DNA of 64,000 nt, taken from the NCBI GenBank assembly GCA_943356745.1, contig CALRFT010000004.1:16269-80268 (forward strand), in the 5' to 3' direction. The stretch is from Parcubacteria group bacterium (GTDB taxonomy: Bacteria > Patescibacteriota > Minisyncoccia > Phycocordibacterales > CSBR16-119). Positions within the stretch are counted from its first letter, which is position 1, and each line of letters begins with the position of its first letter. The notes under the pieces are model-generated. The model did no database searches and was not told the origin of the DNA. It saw only the letters and a program-made list of their open reading frames with translations. Positions 28,057-38,251 of the stretch are shown in pieces. Both the position numbers and the translations under genes were made by a program.

Positions 28057-28199
28057 GTAAAATATTGTGCGTAAAACGCGAAATTATTTGAGTAAATTAT
28101 GACCACAAATATTTTGTTAATCCTCACTTTTTTGTATTACCAAAAAAGCTTTGTGTTTATTATATATTTTCCAAAAATAAGGCGCAATAGAATAACCAT

Positions 28200-28228
28200 T
28201 TGACAATGTGGATAAATATCTGTATTAT
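28200..28228 (+). promoter_or_regulatory. Sigma-70-like promoter TTGACA-17-TATTAT for the 28263 gene. A perfect DnaA box TGTGGATAA (28207-28215) sits in its spacer.
   Basis: Hexamers and 17-nt spacing read directly. The 9-mer matches the DnaA-box consensus 9/9. Confidence 0.5.
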
Positions 28229-28262
28229 TTTATTCAAGTTGAACCTTAAAAAACACCCTATA

Positions 28263-28790
28263 ATGAATCAGAATTTACAAGAAATCCTCAACAAAACCGC
28301 CGAAGATGTTCGTGGTAGAAACTTACTATCTGGCGATTTATCCTTAAAAAAATTATTGGTATTTGATTTTTATACTTCTTTATTTGAAGATGAAATTCTT
28401 CAGGGGGAGTATCGAGTTGAAGATATCGCTTTAATTGTTTTGTGTTTTTGGAATAATGAAAACAAAGAAAAACAAAAACAATCTGAAGATCGTATTCGTG
28501 ATGTTTTATATGAACCAATAAACGAAAGTTATTTTATTCATTACGCAAAGATATTAAATTACACCGAAGCTTATGAATTTGTTTTAAAAGCAATCTTACA
28601 TGCTTTGGAAAATAACTTTATCCTTCGTGAATCTTTGCGTGACTTACACACAAAAGCACACAAAGTAATGAATCTCTGTTCTCAACTTCCAATGGGAAAA
28701 AGAAACCATATTGGCTTGAGTTACACACTTGGTTTTGTGGAACTTACAAAAGATCCAGCAATTGAGAAGTTTTGTGTACAGATGAATTAA
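28263..28790 (+). CDS. Hypothetical 175-aa protein.
   Basis: The ORF-track TTG start at 28200 coincides with the -35 box. The start is reassigned to the ATG (MNQNLQEIL). Confidence 0.5.
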   Translation: MNQNLQEILNKTAEDVRGRNLLSGDLSLKKLLVFDFYTSLFEDEILQGEYRVEDIALIVLCFWNNENKEKQKQSEDRIRDVLYEPINESYFIHYAKILNYTEAYEFVLKAILHALENNFILRESLRDLHTKAHKVMNLCSQLPMGKRNHIGLSYTLGFVELTKDPAIEKFCVQMN

Positions 28791-28842
28791 AAATGGTTTC
28801 AAAAAACCAAAAGCGCCACACTATAGAGTGAGGCGCTTTTTT

Positions 28843-30372
28843 CTATCTTGCAAAATTAATAATTCTATTTTCTCTAATTGTTACAACTTTTATTTCTCCA
28901 GGATATTGCAAATCTTTTTCAATTTTTTGTGCAATATCTCGTGAAAGATTTTTTGCTTCAATATCTGTAATGTGTTCTGGATTCACAAATACTCGAACTT
29001 CTCGTCCTGCTGAAATAGCATATGCTTTCTCAACTCCTTTGAAATCTGTCACAAGTGTTTCAAGTTCTTTGAGTCGTTTAATATAGTTTTCAACCGTATC
29101 AGACCTTGCACCTGGACGACTTCCGGATATAGCATCTGCTGTTTGAACAATAACAGCCTCTATAGACTCGTAAGGGAACTCATCGTGATGAGACTTCATT
29201 GCGGTGATAATTCTCTCGTCAGCGCCAAATTTTTGCAAAATACGCATACCAATCTCAACATGTGTTCCTTGAACCTCGTGAGTAAGTGCTTTTCCAATAT
29301 CATGAACAAGAGCACCAGCTTTTGAAATATATGCATCAGCGCCAATTTGTTCAGCAAGCATTCCAGCAATATGTGCCATTTCAACTGAGTGAGTCAAAAC
29401 ATTTTGCCCATAACTTGTTCGGAAATGAAGTCTTCCTAGGATTGCAAGAATTCTTGGGTCAAGATTAAATACTCCAACCTCATACGCAGCTTCTTCACCT
29501 TTTTGTTTAATAATCTTATTAATATCATTTCTTGCTTTTTCAACCATTTCTTCAATTTTAACCGGTTGAATTCTTCCATCCATAATAAGATTTTCAAGTG
29601 CAACTCTTGCAACCTGTCTTCGAATTGGATCAAAACTAGAAATCACAATTGTTCCAGGGGTGTCGTCTACTATAATCTCGACACCTGTCGCTCGTTCAAA
29701 CGCTCTTATATTTCTTCCTTCTTTTCCAATAATTTTTCCTTTTATTTCTTCATTTGGAATTGTAAGGGTTGTAGTAACAAGTTCTGGATTTCCCTCATTT
29801 GCCATTCTTTGAATAGCAGCTGCAAGTATATTTCGAGCTTTTTGATCAAGTTTTTCTTGAGCTGTATTCTCAAGCTTTTGAATACGAATCAATAAATCCT
29901 CTTCGTATTTTTGTTCAATATTTTTAAGAAGAATACTTTTTGCCTGTTCTGCATCCAACCGGGCAACTTCTTCGAGTTTTTTCTCTGCTTCTTCCCGTTT
30001 TTTTAATATTTCTTCTTTAATTTCCTTTACTTGTTCAATCTTTTTTTGAACCTCTTCATTTTTTACATCAAGATCATTTAGTTTTTTATCTATCGCATCT
30101 TCCCGTTTACTCAAACGTTCTTCTATTTTTTCAAATTTTTCCTCGTGTTCCTTTGTTTCTTTATCTAACTCTTTTTGTTTTTGTTCTACTTTTTTCTGTG
30201 CTTCTTCGATAATTACCTGTGCTTCTTCTTTTGCTTGAATGAGTTTTTGTTTCACCTCAAGCTCGACAGATCCTCGTTTTCCCATTGTTATGATGAAACG
30301 AAGATAATATCCAAAAGCTGTCCCAGCACCAAGTAAAACAATTGCAAAAATAACAATTGTTACTGTACTCAT
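28843..30372 (-). CDS. rny: Ribonuclease Y.
   Basis: N-terminal transmembrane helix, long coiled-coil, KH domain (IIGKEGRNIRAFERATGVEIIVDD) and HD domain (HSVEMAHIAGMLAEQ..LVHDIGK). Confidence 0.9.
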   Translation of the reverse strand: MSTVTIVIFAIVLLGAGTAFGYYLRFIITMGKRGSVELEVKQKLIQAKEEAQVIIEEAQKKVEQKQKELDKETKEHEEKFEKIEERLSKREDAIDKKLNDLDVKNEEVQKKIEQVKEIKEEILKKREEAEKKLEEVARLDAEQAKSILLKNIEQKYEEDLLIRIQKLENTAQEKLDQKARNILAAAIQRMANEGNPELVTTTLTIPNEEIKGKIIGKEGRNIRAFERATGVEIIVDDTPGTIVISSFDPIRRQVARVALENLIMDGRIQPVKIEEMVEKARNDINKIIKQKGEEAAYEVGVFNLDPRILAILGRLHFRTSYGQNVLTHSVEMAHIAGMLAEQIGADAYISKAGALVHDIGKALTHEVQGTHVEIGMRILQKFGADERIITAMKSHHDEFPYESIEAVIVQTADAISGSRPGARSDTVENYIKRLKELETLVTDFKGVEKAYAISAGREVRVFVNPEHITDIEAKNLSRDIAQKIEKDLQYPGEIKVVTIRENRIINFAR

Positions 30373-30518
30373 AATTTCAAAACCCGTTTTCTATCACTCT
30401 CAGTCTTTATGTTTCATCGTTTCTATCAGAAAAATAGAAAATAGGTTACTTTATCTACTAAACTATTCCCATAGTATCAAAAATATCCAAAAATAAAAAC
30501 CAACCCTAGGGTTGGTTT

Positions 30519-30968
30519 TTATTTTTTGTATTTAATAACAATATGTCTTTCTTTTCCAAATCCAGTTGATTCTGTCTCTAGATCTTCAAGATTTTGCACA
30601 TATTCATGAATAATATGTCTTTCGAAAGCATTCATTGGTTCAAGTTCTACAGAACTTTTGAAAAATCGAGCTCTTTCAGACATCATATGAGCAATTGTTT
30701 TTATTCTTTCTATTTTTTTATCTTGATATCCGTTAATATCAATCATTACATGGTTTGTTTCACCATTTTTCTCAACAAATCTTTTAAGAAGGTGATTGAG
30801 TGATTGAAGTGTTTCACCATCTTTACCTATGAGATCTTTTGAATCTGTTGTAGATATTTTAAAAACCTTTGTTCCACGTTCATCGATATCAAAATCAATA
30901 GAGTTTTGACCGAAACCCATATTTGAAAGCATTTGTTCTATAAAATTTTGAATATCTTGTGTTGTCAT
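30519..30968 (-). CDS. jag: KH + R3H RNA-binding protein Jag/KhpB (short form).
   Basis: KH motif (LIGKDGETLQSL) and R3H motif (ERHIIHEYV). Conserved position downstream of yidC. Confidence 0.8.
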   Translation of the reverse strand: MTTQDIQNFIEQMLSNMGFGQNSIDFDIDERGTKVFKISTTDSKDLIGKDGETLQSLNHLLKRFVEKNGETNHVMIDINGYQDKKIERIKTIAHMMSERARFFKSSVELEPMNAFERHIIHEYVQNLEDLETESTGFGKERHIVIKYKK

Positions 30969-30986
30969 AGGTTTTGGTTATTTAAA

Positions 30987-31709
30987 TTACAATACTGAAA
31001 CGACTGGTTTATTTTGGTATTTTTTCATTATAAATACCTCAATAATAATTGAAACAAGATTGTTTACTACCCAATATAATGCAACAGCTCCCGAAATCCG
31101 ATATGCAATAAGAGTAATAAATACCGGGAGAATATATTTCATTTGAAACTGTAGACTTTTTCCAATTTGAGCTTGAATTCCAGAACCTTCTTGAACAGTT
31201 GTTCTTTTGTTCGCAATAGTTATTTGGAAAAATTGTGTAATACCAGCAAGAATTGCAAGTCCTAGACTTTTTCCAGCAAGATCAGCTCCTAAAAAGCTTG
31301 AATTTACAGCTTCCGGAATCAAAACCCCACTGTAGAGAATATCTCCGTTAAATACTAAACCTTGAAAAAATACATAATACAAAGAGATAACAACAGGAAT
31401 TTGAATCAAAACTGGCAAACAACCAGATAGTGGGTTAACTCCAGCCTTTTTATAAAGTTCGAGTGTTTTTCGTGCTTGTTCTGTTCTGTCGGGAGTTCCT
31501 TCTTTAATTTTATCAATTTCTGGTTGGATCTTTTTCAGTTGAATCTGACTTACCACTGTTTTTATATGGAAGGGAAGTAGAACAAGTTTTACAAGAATAG
31601 TAACCGCAATAACAGCCAAACCTACTGAATTTCCGGGGAGAATAGTAATAAGGTGAACTAAAAGATTATAAAGTGGTATAAAAAATATTTTTCTAAAAAA
31701 TGTAATCAT
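30987..31709 (-). CDS. yidC: Membrane protein insertase YidC (short Gram-positive/CPR-type).
   Basis: Five transmembrane helices and the conserved YidC/Oxa1 core. Position between yidD and jag. Confidence 0.85.
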   Translation of the reverse strand: MITFFRKIFFIPLYNLLVHLITILPGNSVGLAVIAVTILVKLVLLPFHIKTVVSQIQLKKIQPEIDKIKEGTPDRTEQARKTLELYKKAGVNPLSGCLPVLIQIPVVISLYYVFFQGLVFNGDILYSGVLIPEAVNSSFLGADLAGKSLGLAILAGITQFFQITIANKRTTVQEGSGIQAQIGKSLQFQMKYILPVFITLIAYRISGAVALYWVVNNLVSIIIEVFIMKKYQNKPVVSVL

Positions 31710-31754
31710 TAGAAGGTAGTATACCTCATAGAAAAAAGGCTGTAAAATACAGCC

Positions 31755-31982
31755 TTACGGTAAATCTATTCCACCCTTTGATAAAGGGTGGCATTTAGAT
31801 ATTCTTACAGTACTTTTATATAAACCCTTTAAAAAACCATATTTTTTAAAGGATTCTTTGGAATATTCGGAACAAGTTGGTTGAAACCGACAAGTTGGTC
31901 CTGTTTTTATAGAAAAAGCGGCCAAAATAAACTTTACTACTATTTGATAGAAAAAGTATAAAAAATTAATGATTTTGTTCAT
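31755..31982 (-). CDS. yidD: Membrane protein insertion efficiency factor YidD.
   Basis: [45 protein letters not shown] is the YidD signature. Confidence 0.85.
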   Translation of the reverse strand: MNKIINFLYFFYQIVVKFILAAFSIKTGPTCRFQPTCSEYSKESFKKYGFLKGLYKSTVRISKCHPLSKGGIDLP

Positions 31983-32307
31983 ATATTACAAGGATTTTTT
32001 CATTAATTTCTTGAAATAATCTCTCTCTTGAGACAAGGTTTGAACCCTTTTTAGGGTAAAGAATATAGGAAAAACCTTGTTTTAAAAGGTTTTTTTGCTC
32101 CATTAAAACAGAAAGAAACCTTCTTTTAAGAAAGTTTCTTTCTGTTGCTTTTAATGAAACCTTCTTAGAAATAACCACGGAAATCTTAAATTCTTCTCCT
32201 TGACCTTTTACATATTTAAGAGAAAACGATTGAGAATCAATAATAATCCCTTTTTTAAATAGGTTTTTGAAGAATAAGCTCCCAAGTCTATTCTTTTGAG
32301 GTACCAT
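31966..32307 (-). CDS. rnpA: Ribonuclease P protein component.
   Basis: Basic ~110-aa protein with a KNRLGS...RNFLKRRF motif. Overlaps yidD and follows rpmH. Confidence 0.75.
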   Translation of the reverse strand: MVPQKNRLGSLFFKNLFKKGIIIDSQSFSLKYVKGQGEEFKISVVISKKVSLKATERNFLKRRFLSVLMEQKNLLKQGFSYILYPKKGSNLVSRERLFQEINEKILVIYEQNH

Positions 32308-32325
32308 AGGTGTTTTATATAAAAA

Positions 32326-32460
32326 TTAAACAGCGATACTAGCTCGACCCTTTCTTCGTCGATTCTTAAGTACGTTTTTCCCCCCTGGAGTTTTTGATCG
32401 TACAAGAAATCCATGGGTTTTATTTCGCTTTCTATTTTTTGGATTAGGTGTAGTTGACAT
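32326..32460 (-). CDS. rpmH: 50S ribosomal protein L34 (44 aa). Not in the ORF track.
   Basis: Hand translation gives [44 protein letters not shown], a canonical L34. The ORF-track entries 32208..32498(-) and 32514..32729(-) are spurious. Confidence 0.85.
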   Translation of the reverse strand: MSTTPNPKNRKRNKTHGFLVRSKTPGGKNVLKNRRRKGRASIAV

Positions 32461-32661
32461 ACAAGGCAGAGTATATAGTAACAAAAAAAATAAATCAATA
32501 GGGTAATACTTATCTAAAAAAACAAGTTGTTGATGTGTTCAAGAAACGAGTATAATGGTTTTATAAAGTTTTTCCACAGGTAATCAACAGAAGTAGTATA
32601 AACGATTGAATTGTTGCAGGGAGTATAATATTCAAACCTTACTAATTTAGTTTTTAAAATC
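32461..32661. promoter_or_regulatory. rpmH-dnaA divergent spacer (origin-proximal). Contains one near-consensus DnaA box (TTTTCCACA, about 32570).
   Basis: Conserved oriC-region synteny. Confidence 0.45.
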
Positions 32662-34008
32662 ATGATTGATAATAAACAATTGTGGGATAGTTGTTTAGCT
32701 GAGATAGAACAAAATGTCTCTAAAGCCAATTTTATTACTTGGTTTAAAAATACTCATCTCCAAAAACAAGATCATGGTATCGCCTTTATTGGTGTACCAA
32801 ATGAATTCATTCGTGACTGGCTACAAAATAAATATGAAAAAGTAATTCTAAAAACTCTTATGAATTACTCCAACGCTATTCGTGGTGTAAAATTTACTAT
32901 TTCAAAAACACCTCCTAAAAACAAAGTTATTCAGAGAAATTCAATTCAGGCTTTTAACGAACTACCTCTTACAGAAACATACACATCAAACCAAGAAGAT
33001 AGTCTTAATCCAAGATATACCTTTAAAACCTTTATTGTTGGTTCCTTTAATGAGTTAGCTTTTGCAGCTGCTCAAGCAATTATCAATAAACCAGGTGTTT
33101 CATATAATCCATTCTTTGTTTATGGTCCATCTGGGCTTGGAAAAACACACCTTATTCAAGCTGTTGGTAATGAAATTAAAATACGATATCCCCATAAAAC
33201 AATAAAATATATTTCTCTTGAAAAGTTTGCAATTGATTATGTTAATGCACTTCGTAATAATAAACCCAATGAATTTAAGCAAAAATACAGAAAGTATGAT
33301 GTTTTAATCATGGATGATATTCAATTCATTTCAAACAAAGAAAAAACTCAGGAAGAATTGTTTCACTTATTTAATAATCTATATGAAACAAATAAACAAA
33401 TTATATTTAGTTCTGATAAACACCCTAACTACATTCCAGGTTTAGAAGATCGACTCAAAACAAGATTCTCATCTGGGATGATTGTTGATGTAACTGAACC
33501 TGATTTTGAATCAAGAGTCGCTATTGTTCGAAGTAAGGCAAGTGAGTCTGGAATTGAACTTTCTGAGGAAATATCAGAATATATTGCATCTTCAATCTCA
33601 AATTCAGTTCGAGAACTCGAAGGGAGTCTCAATACTATAATTTGTCAAATTCAACTTAAAAATAGAGAAATTTCCCTCCAAGAAGTTAAAAATCTCATTA
33701 AAAACAATATAAAACCAAAGAAAAATATTTCTATTCCTGAGGTTGTTAAAATTGTAAGTGATTTTTACAACATAGATGAACAATCAATCTATGAAAAAAC
33801 AAGAAGAAAAGAAATTGTAAGAGCGAGACAAATGGTTATGTTTATTCTTCGGGAAGATTTCAATGTTTCATACCCACTCATTGGTCAAAAACTTGGTGGA
33901 AAAGATCACACGACAGTAATCCATTCTTGTTCAAAAATAAAAGATGAACTTAAAAATGATGTTGAATTAACGGGGGATCTTGAACAAATTAGAGCAATGT
34001 TTAGTTAA
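32662..34008 (+). CDS. dnaA: Chromosomal replication initiator DnaA.
   Basis: DnaA N-domain, AAA+ motifs (GPSGLGKTHL, DDIQFI), sensor motifs and the C-terminal DNA-binding domain (HTTVIHSCSKI). Confidence 0.95.
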   Translation: MIDNKQLWDSCLAEIEQNVSKANFITWFKNTHLQKQDHGIAFIGVPNEFIRDWLQNKYEKVILKTLMNYSNAIRGVKFTISKTPPKNKVIQRNSIQAFNELPLTETYTSNQEDSLNPRYTFKTFIVGSFNELAFAAAQAIINKPGVSYNPFFVYGPSGLGKTHLIQAVGNEIKIRYPHKTIKYISLEKFAIDYVNALRNNKPNEFKQKYRKYDVLIMDDIQFISNKEKTQEELFHLFNNLYETNKQIIFSSDKHPNYIPGLEDRLKTRFSSGMIVDVTEPDFESRVAIVRSKASESGIELSEEISEYIASSISNSVRELEGSLNTIICQIQLKNREISLQEVKNLIKNNIKPKKNISIPEVVKIVSDFYNIDEQSIYEKTRRKEIVRARQMVMFILREDFNVSYPLIGQKLGGKDHTTVIHSCSKIKDELKNDVELTGDLEQIRAMFS

Positions 34009-34262
34009 CATGTGGAAAAACCTGTTTAAAAACACTGATTTATGTGAATAAAACTAATATAAATCTTGTGGGATTAAAAAGAATAACTTTTTATTTATTC
34101 ATAAAAACCAAAAGTAATCCCCAAACAAGATAAGTTATTAACAAATAAACCTTTTAGAAAATCAATAAAAAGCATTTATTTTTATTGATTTAATGTGTTT
34201 TATCCACATATCCACAGGACTAATAAATATAATAGATTTTAATATATAAATTATAAACATAT
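34009..34262. promoter_or_regulatory. Candidate oriC: a DnaA-box cluster plus an AT-rich unwinding element between dnaA and dnaN.
   Basis: Perfect TTATCCACA at 34200-34208, abutted by ATATCCACA (34208-34216). TGTGAATAA at 34043-34051 and TGTGGAAAA at 34010-34018. An about 45-bp, >85% AT tract lies at 34218-34262. Confidence 0.6.
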
Positions 34263-35363
34263 ATGAAACTTGAGTGTACAACCAAAAATCTCAAAGATGC
34301 TATTGGCAAAGCACAAAAGATTATAGTTAAAAGTTCAAATACTCCAATTTTAAGCTCTGTACTACTAAAAACTATTGACAAATCTCTTTTTATTAGGTCT
34401 ACTAATCTTCATATTGGTATAGAGCTTGAAATTCCTGTGATTATTCAGGAACAAGGATCTTTTTTGGTTTCTGGGGAAGTTTTTTCTCAAGTGTTGTCTT
34501 CAATTCCAGATGAAGGAATGCTTTCTGTGTATGTGGAAGAAGGAAATTTGAAAATTCAAACAAAAAAAAGTGTTATTTCAATAAACTCATCAGGAGATAC
34601 GGAAGAATTTCCAACACTTCCAAAAGTTTCAGAAAAACCCTTCTCCCTTTCTCTTGAATCTTTTCTTGATGGTGTGAAGTCTGTTTATTACTGCGCTTCT
34701 GTTTCTGATATAAAGCCTGAAATTTCGTCTGTATATATGTATTCTGATGGAAATGAGTTAACATTCGTTTCCACTGATTCTTTTCGTTTAGCGGAAAAAA
34801 GAATCTTTGTAGAGGGTCTTCAGGATATTAACGGAATACTTCTCCCATATAAAAATGTTTTAGAATTGATTAAACTCCTTTCTGATTCAGAAGGAGAAGT
34901 AACTATAGGTTTTAATGAAAATCAAATAAATATATCACTTCCTGGAATTTTTATATCTTCTCGAATAGTAAATGGTACATATCCTAACTATAAAATGATT
35001 ATTCCGAAAGAATTTAAAACAGAGGTTATTGCTTTAAAACAAGATCTTCTAAATACATTAAAGTTATCAACTATTTTTTCAGATAAATTTAATCAAATAC
35101 ATGTTGCTATTGATTCAAATACAAAACATTTGATTATGAAAGCAAAAAATTCACAAAAAGGTGAGAATATTTCAGAAATTGATTCAACAATTAAAGGAGA
35201 TTCTATAGAAATAAACTTTAATCACCGTTATTTTACAGAATCATTTCAATCTATAGCTACTGACTCAGTAATAATTCAATGTAATGAAGAAAATAGACCT
35301 GTTGTTATTCAAGGGGTTGGTGATAAAAGTTTTTTATATCTTATTATGCCAATGAGTAGGTAG
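34263..35363 (+). CDS. dnaN: DNA polymerase III beta sliding clamp.
   Basis: Three-domain clamp of 366 aa. Canonical position after dnaA. Confidence 0.9.
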   Translation: MKLECTTKNLKDAIGKAQKIIVKSSNTPILSSVLLKTIDKSLFIRSTNLHIGIELEIPVIIQEQGSFLVSGEVFSQVLSSIPDEGMLSVYVEEGNLKIQTKKSVISINSSGDTEEFPTLPKVSEKPFSLSLESFLDGVKSVYYCASVSDIKPEISSVYMYSDGNELTFVSTDSFRLAEKRIFVEGLQDINGILLPYKNVLELIKLLSDSEGEVTIGFNENQINISLPGIFISSRIVNGTYPNYKMIIPKEFKTEVIALKQDLLNTLKLSTIFSDKFNQIHVAIDSNTKHLIMKAKNSQKGENISEIDSTIKGDSIEINFNHRYFTESFQSIATDSVIIQCNEENRPVVIQGVGDKSFLYLIMPMSR

Positions 35364-35367
35364 TTTT

Positions 35368-35619
35368 ATGCAAATAGCTTTATTTTTAAAGAAATTTGAA
35401 ACACTAATTCACGAGAAAAACATATCAAAGAAAATGATATGTGAAGTTTTATTTCAAAATATTAAAAAAGAATTTGATTTAAATAATATAAAGGTTACAA
35501 AAGGAATTCTTTATATAAATACGGATTCTTTTGTTAAAAACACTATTTTCTTTAAAAAAGATAAAATTATTAATGATATTAAAAAAACAACTGGTATTAT
35601 TGTTACAGATATAAAATAA
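35368..35619 (+). CDS. Small protein, possible DUF721/DciA-like (helicase-loader-family) protein. Call is tentative.
   Basis: 83-aa ORF 4 nt after dnaN, the genomic position where DUF721/DciA genes commonly sit. The hydrophobic periodicity (KGILYINTDSFVKNTIFFKKDKIINDIK) resembles the DUF721 core. Followed by the terminator 35620-35642. Confidence 0.35.
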   Translation: MQIALFLKKFETLIHEKNISKKMICEVLFQNIKKEFDLNNIKVTKGILYINTDSFVKNTIFFKKDKIINDIKKTTGIIVTDIK

Positions 35620-35641
35620 AAACCCCTTTAAGGGGTTTTTA

Positions 35642-38251
35642 TTATTGAGTTATAGAAAATTGAAACTCTTTTTCTTTTATATTAAATACTGAATCTTTTA
35701 ATATTACTTTAAGGGTATTAACTGGTTGTATAGAACCAATAAAACTTGGATTAAATGAATATTCAAGATTTTCTCCAGAGAGTGTTGTTATATAACTATT
35801 GTTTATATATATATCAACTTGTTCAACTGTGTAGTGAGTATCTGTATCTATAGAGAAAGATATTTCTTCATTATTTTGATATGGATCATTTTGATTTAAT
35901 CCCTCAACTTCAAAATCAGGTTGTGTTGATTCTGTATGGATATCATCAAATTGTGTTGGAACATCACTTTGATCTATAGTTGGGTAATTTTGTTTATTTT
36001 GTTCCCACCATTTTTTAACAGAATATTGCCAGTTTATATATTGATTTCCACTTCTTATAGGTTCTCCAGATATAGGATTATCTTTATTTATCCAATGAAG
36101 AATTGAATTTACATCAGTAATAACCAATTCTTCTATTGTCTCCTCTGGTGTCCACTCAGTTGCTAGTTTTTTTGATATTGAATCAATTCTTACAACTTCA
36201 CCTCCCATCCAATTACCTTTAAGGATAGGTTTTAACCCTTCAGTTGAATAACTTGGTGGGGTAAAGCTTTCATTTTGTGTTTTTTGAAGAGCTGTGTTCA
36301 TATACTCTCTCCAAAGTAATCCAGAAATTGTAGAACCTCTTGTCATTGAAGTGTTGTCGTTGTTTCCAGACCAAACCCCAACCACTATATTTGGGGAATA
36401 TCCCATCATCCACGCATCTTTATTATTGTTTGTTGTTCCTGTCTTTCCTGCGACATCTCTTTCTCCAAAATACATGAAGTTGTTTACTGAACCAAAGAGG
36501 CCGAGTCGAGCGTTGTTATCAGATAAAACATCATTTAATTTTCTGATAGGTTCCTCAGGGTAGACTCTAGTGTTTGTTGGTTGATCAAACTTTTCAAGAA
36601 CACTTCCTTGTTTGTCTTGAACTTCAAGAATTGAAACAGGTTCATTATAGATACCTTCTGTTGCAAAAACTCCATATGCTGTAACCATATCAAGTAATGT
36701 TACTTCACCACCTCCCAATACAAGTGTAAGACCATATTGATTTGGGTTTGTGAGAGTTTTAAGACCAAAATCTTTAGCGGTTTTAAGAGCATCTGGAATA
36801 CCAACAAGATATAAGAGTTTTACCGCTGGAACGTTTCGAGATGATCCAAGAGCATTTCTTAGACTAACTGGTCCAACAAATGCTCCATCGTAATTCTGAG
36901 GTTTATAACAATTTGATTGTGATCCTGAAATTACTCTTCCTTCTGGGTCACAAGTTGTTTGAAACTCTGTTGGGGTATCAAATACTACTGTTTCCGGTAA
37001 GTAACCTTCTTTGAATGCTGTTGCGTAAATAAAAGGCTTGAAAGATGATCCAGGTTGTCTTTTTGCAAGAGCTACATTGAATTTCCCATCAATATTTTCA
37101 TCAAAATAATTTCGTGATCCAATCATGGTGAGAATTTCACCCGTGTTTGGGTCCATAGCAACAAGACTTGCATTTGATGCGTTGTATTGTTTCTCGTTAT
37201 CAAGAGCATGTTTCAATACAATAGTTTCACCTTCCTGTTGTAGTTCGTAGTCAATTGTTGTGATAACTTTTAATCCTCCAGATTCAACAACATTTTCACC
37301 ATACCGCGATTCTAGTTGATCAATAACATAAAATACAAAGTGAGGTGCTTTTATTCCAAGTCTGTTGAGCGGAAGGAAAGAAACTTCTTCTTTGAGTGCG
37401 TCTTGATATTCTTCTTCAGTAATAAAATCAAGATCCCTCATATTTTTCAAGACTCTCTGTTGTCTCGCTACTAGAAGATCTGTATTTTTTCCATAAGGAG
37501 AATACCGAGAAGGTGCTTGTGGGAGAGCTGCAAGAAATGCAGCTTCTGCAATACTCATATCTTCAGGGTTTTTTCCATAAAAACTAGAAGAAGCTTCCTG
37601 TACTCCATAAATATTTCCTCCAAACGGTGCTTCATTGAGATATATTTCAAGAATCTGGTCTTTTGTCATTTCTTGTTCAATTCGAAGAGAAATTACAATT
37701 TCTTTAATTTTTCTTGAAATTCTTTTTTCTGAAGTAAGAAGAGTGTTTTTGACAATCTGTTGAGTGATTGTTGATCCACCTTGTGTTAAACCACCTGGTG
37801 TAAGATTACTTACGATTGCTCGTGCAATTGCTTTTACTCGAATACCATTATGTTCATAAAAAGCATCATCTTCAATAGCAATAATAGCTTCTTGGATATT
37901 TTCACCCATATTTTCAATAGGGATTACAGTTCTTCGTATGTCTTGATTTACGTCAAAAAGCAACACCTCTCCAGTTCTGTCGTAGATTTTAGTTGACTGA
38001 GATATTTTTCTATCTTCAAAAGAAGAAAAGTCTGGAATTCTGAAATTTGATACCCAAATAAGAAATAGTCCAAAACAGATAATTCCAAGTAAAGTACCTA
38101 TAAGAGTAATGTTTATTGAATGAATTTTAATAAAGTGCATTGTGTCTTGATATCCACTTTTTACACCAGATTTAAATTCTTTATACAGCTCAACAACTTT
38201 GTGTTTATGAGATGAAATCGTATGTTTAATTTTTTTTAAATTTTTTTTCAT
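35642..38251 (-). CDS. Class A penicillin-binding protein (glycosyltransferase GT51 + transpeptidase) with a ~150-aa C-terminal extension.
   Basis: N-terminal transmembrane helix. GT51 motifs (EDDAFYEHNGI, GGSTITQQ, RKIKE). Transpeptidase SSFKPF (SxxK), SSRN and KTGT. Confidence 0.9.
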   Translation of the reverse strand: MKKNLKKIKHTISSHKHKVVELYKEFKSGVKSGYQDTMHFIKIHSINITLIGTLLGIICFGLFLIWVSNFRIPDFSSFEDRKISQSTKIYDRTGEVLLFDVNQDIRRTVIPIENMGENIQEAIIAIEDDAFYEHNGIRVKAIARAIVSNLTPGGLTQGGSTITQQIVKNTLLTSEKRISRKIKEIVISLRIEQEMTKDQILEIYLNEAPFGGNIYGVQEASSSFYGKNPEDMSIAEAAFLAALPQAPSRYSPYGKNTDLLVARQQRVLKNMRDLDFITEEEYQDALKEEVSFLPLNRLGIKAPHFVFYVIDQLESRYGENVVESGGLKVITTIDYELQQEGETIVLKHALDNEKQYNASNASLVAMDPNTGEILTMIGSRNYFDENIDGKFNVALAKRQPGSSFKPFIYATAFKEGYLPETVVFDTPTEFQTTCDPEGRVISGSQSNCYKPQNYDGAFVGPVSLRNALGSSRNVPAVKLLYLVGIPDALKTAKDFGLKTLTNPNQYGLTLVLGGGEVTLLDMVTAYGVFATEGIYNEPVSILEVQDKQGSVLEKFDQPTNTRVYPEEPIRKLNDVLSDNNARLGLFGSVNNFMYFGERDVAGKTGTTNNNKDAWMMGYSPNIVVGVWSGNNDNTSMTRGSTISGLLWREYMNTALQKTQNESFTPPSYSTEGLKPILKGNWMGGEVVRIDSISKKLATEWTPEETIEELVITDVNSILHWINKDNPISGEPIRSGNQYINWQYSVKKWWEQNKQNYPTIDQSDVPTQFDDIHTESTQPDFEVEGLNQNDPYQNNEEISFSIDTDTHYTVEQVDIYINNSYITTLSGENLEYSFNPSFIGSIQPVNTLKVILKDSVFNIKEKEFQFSITQ

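Noticed and set aside
32208-32729. ORFs 32208..32498(-) and 32514..32729(-)
   Set aside because: They overlap the true rpmH gene (different frame) and the dnaA promoter/5' end. rpmH (32326-32460) is the real gene here.
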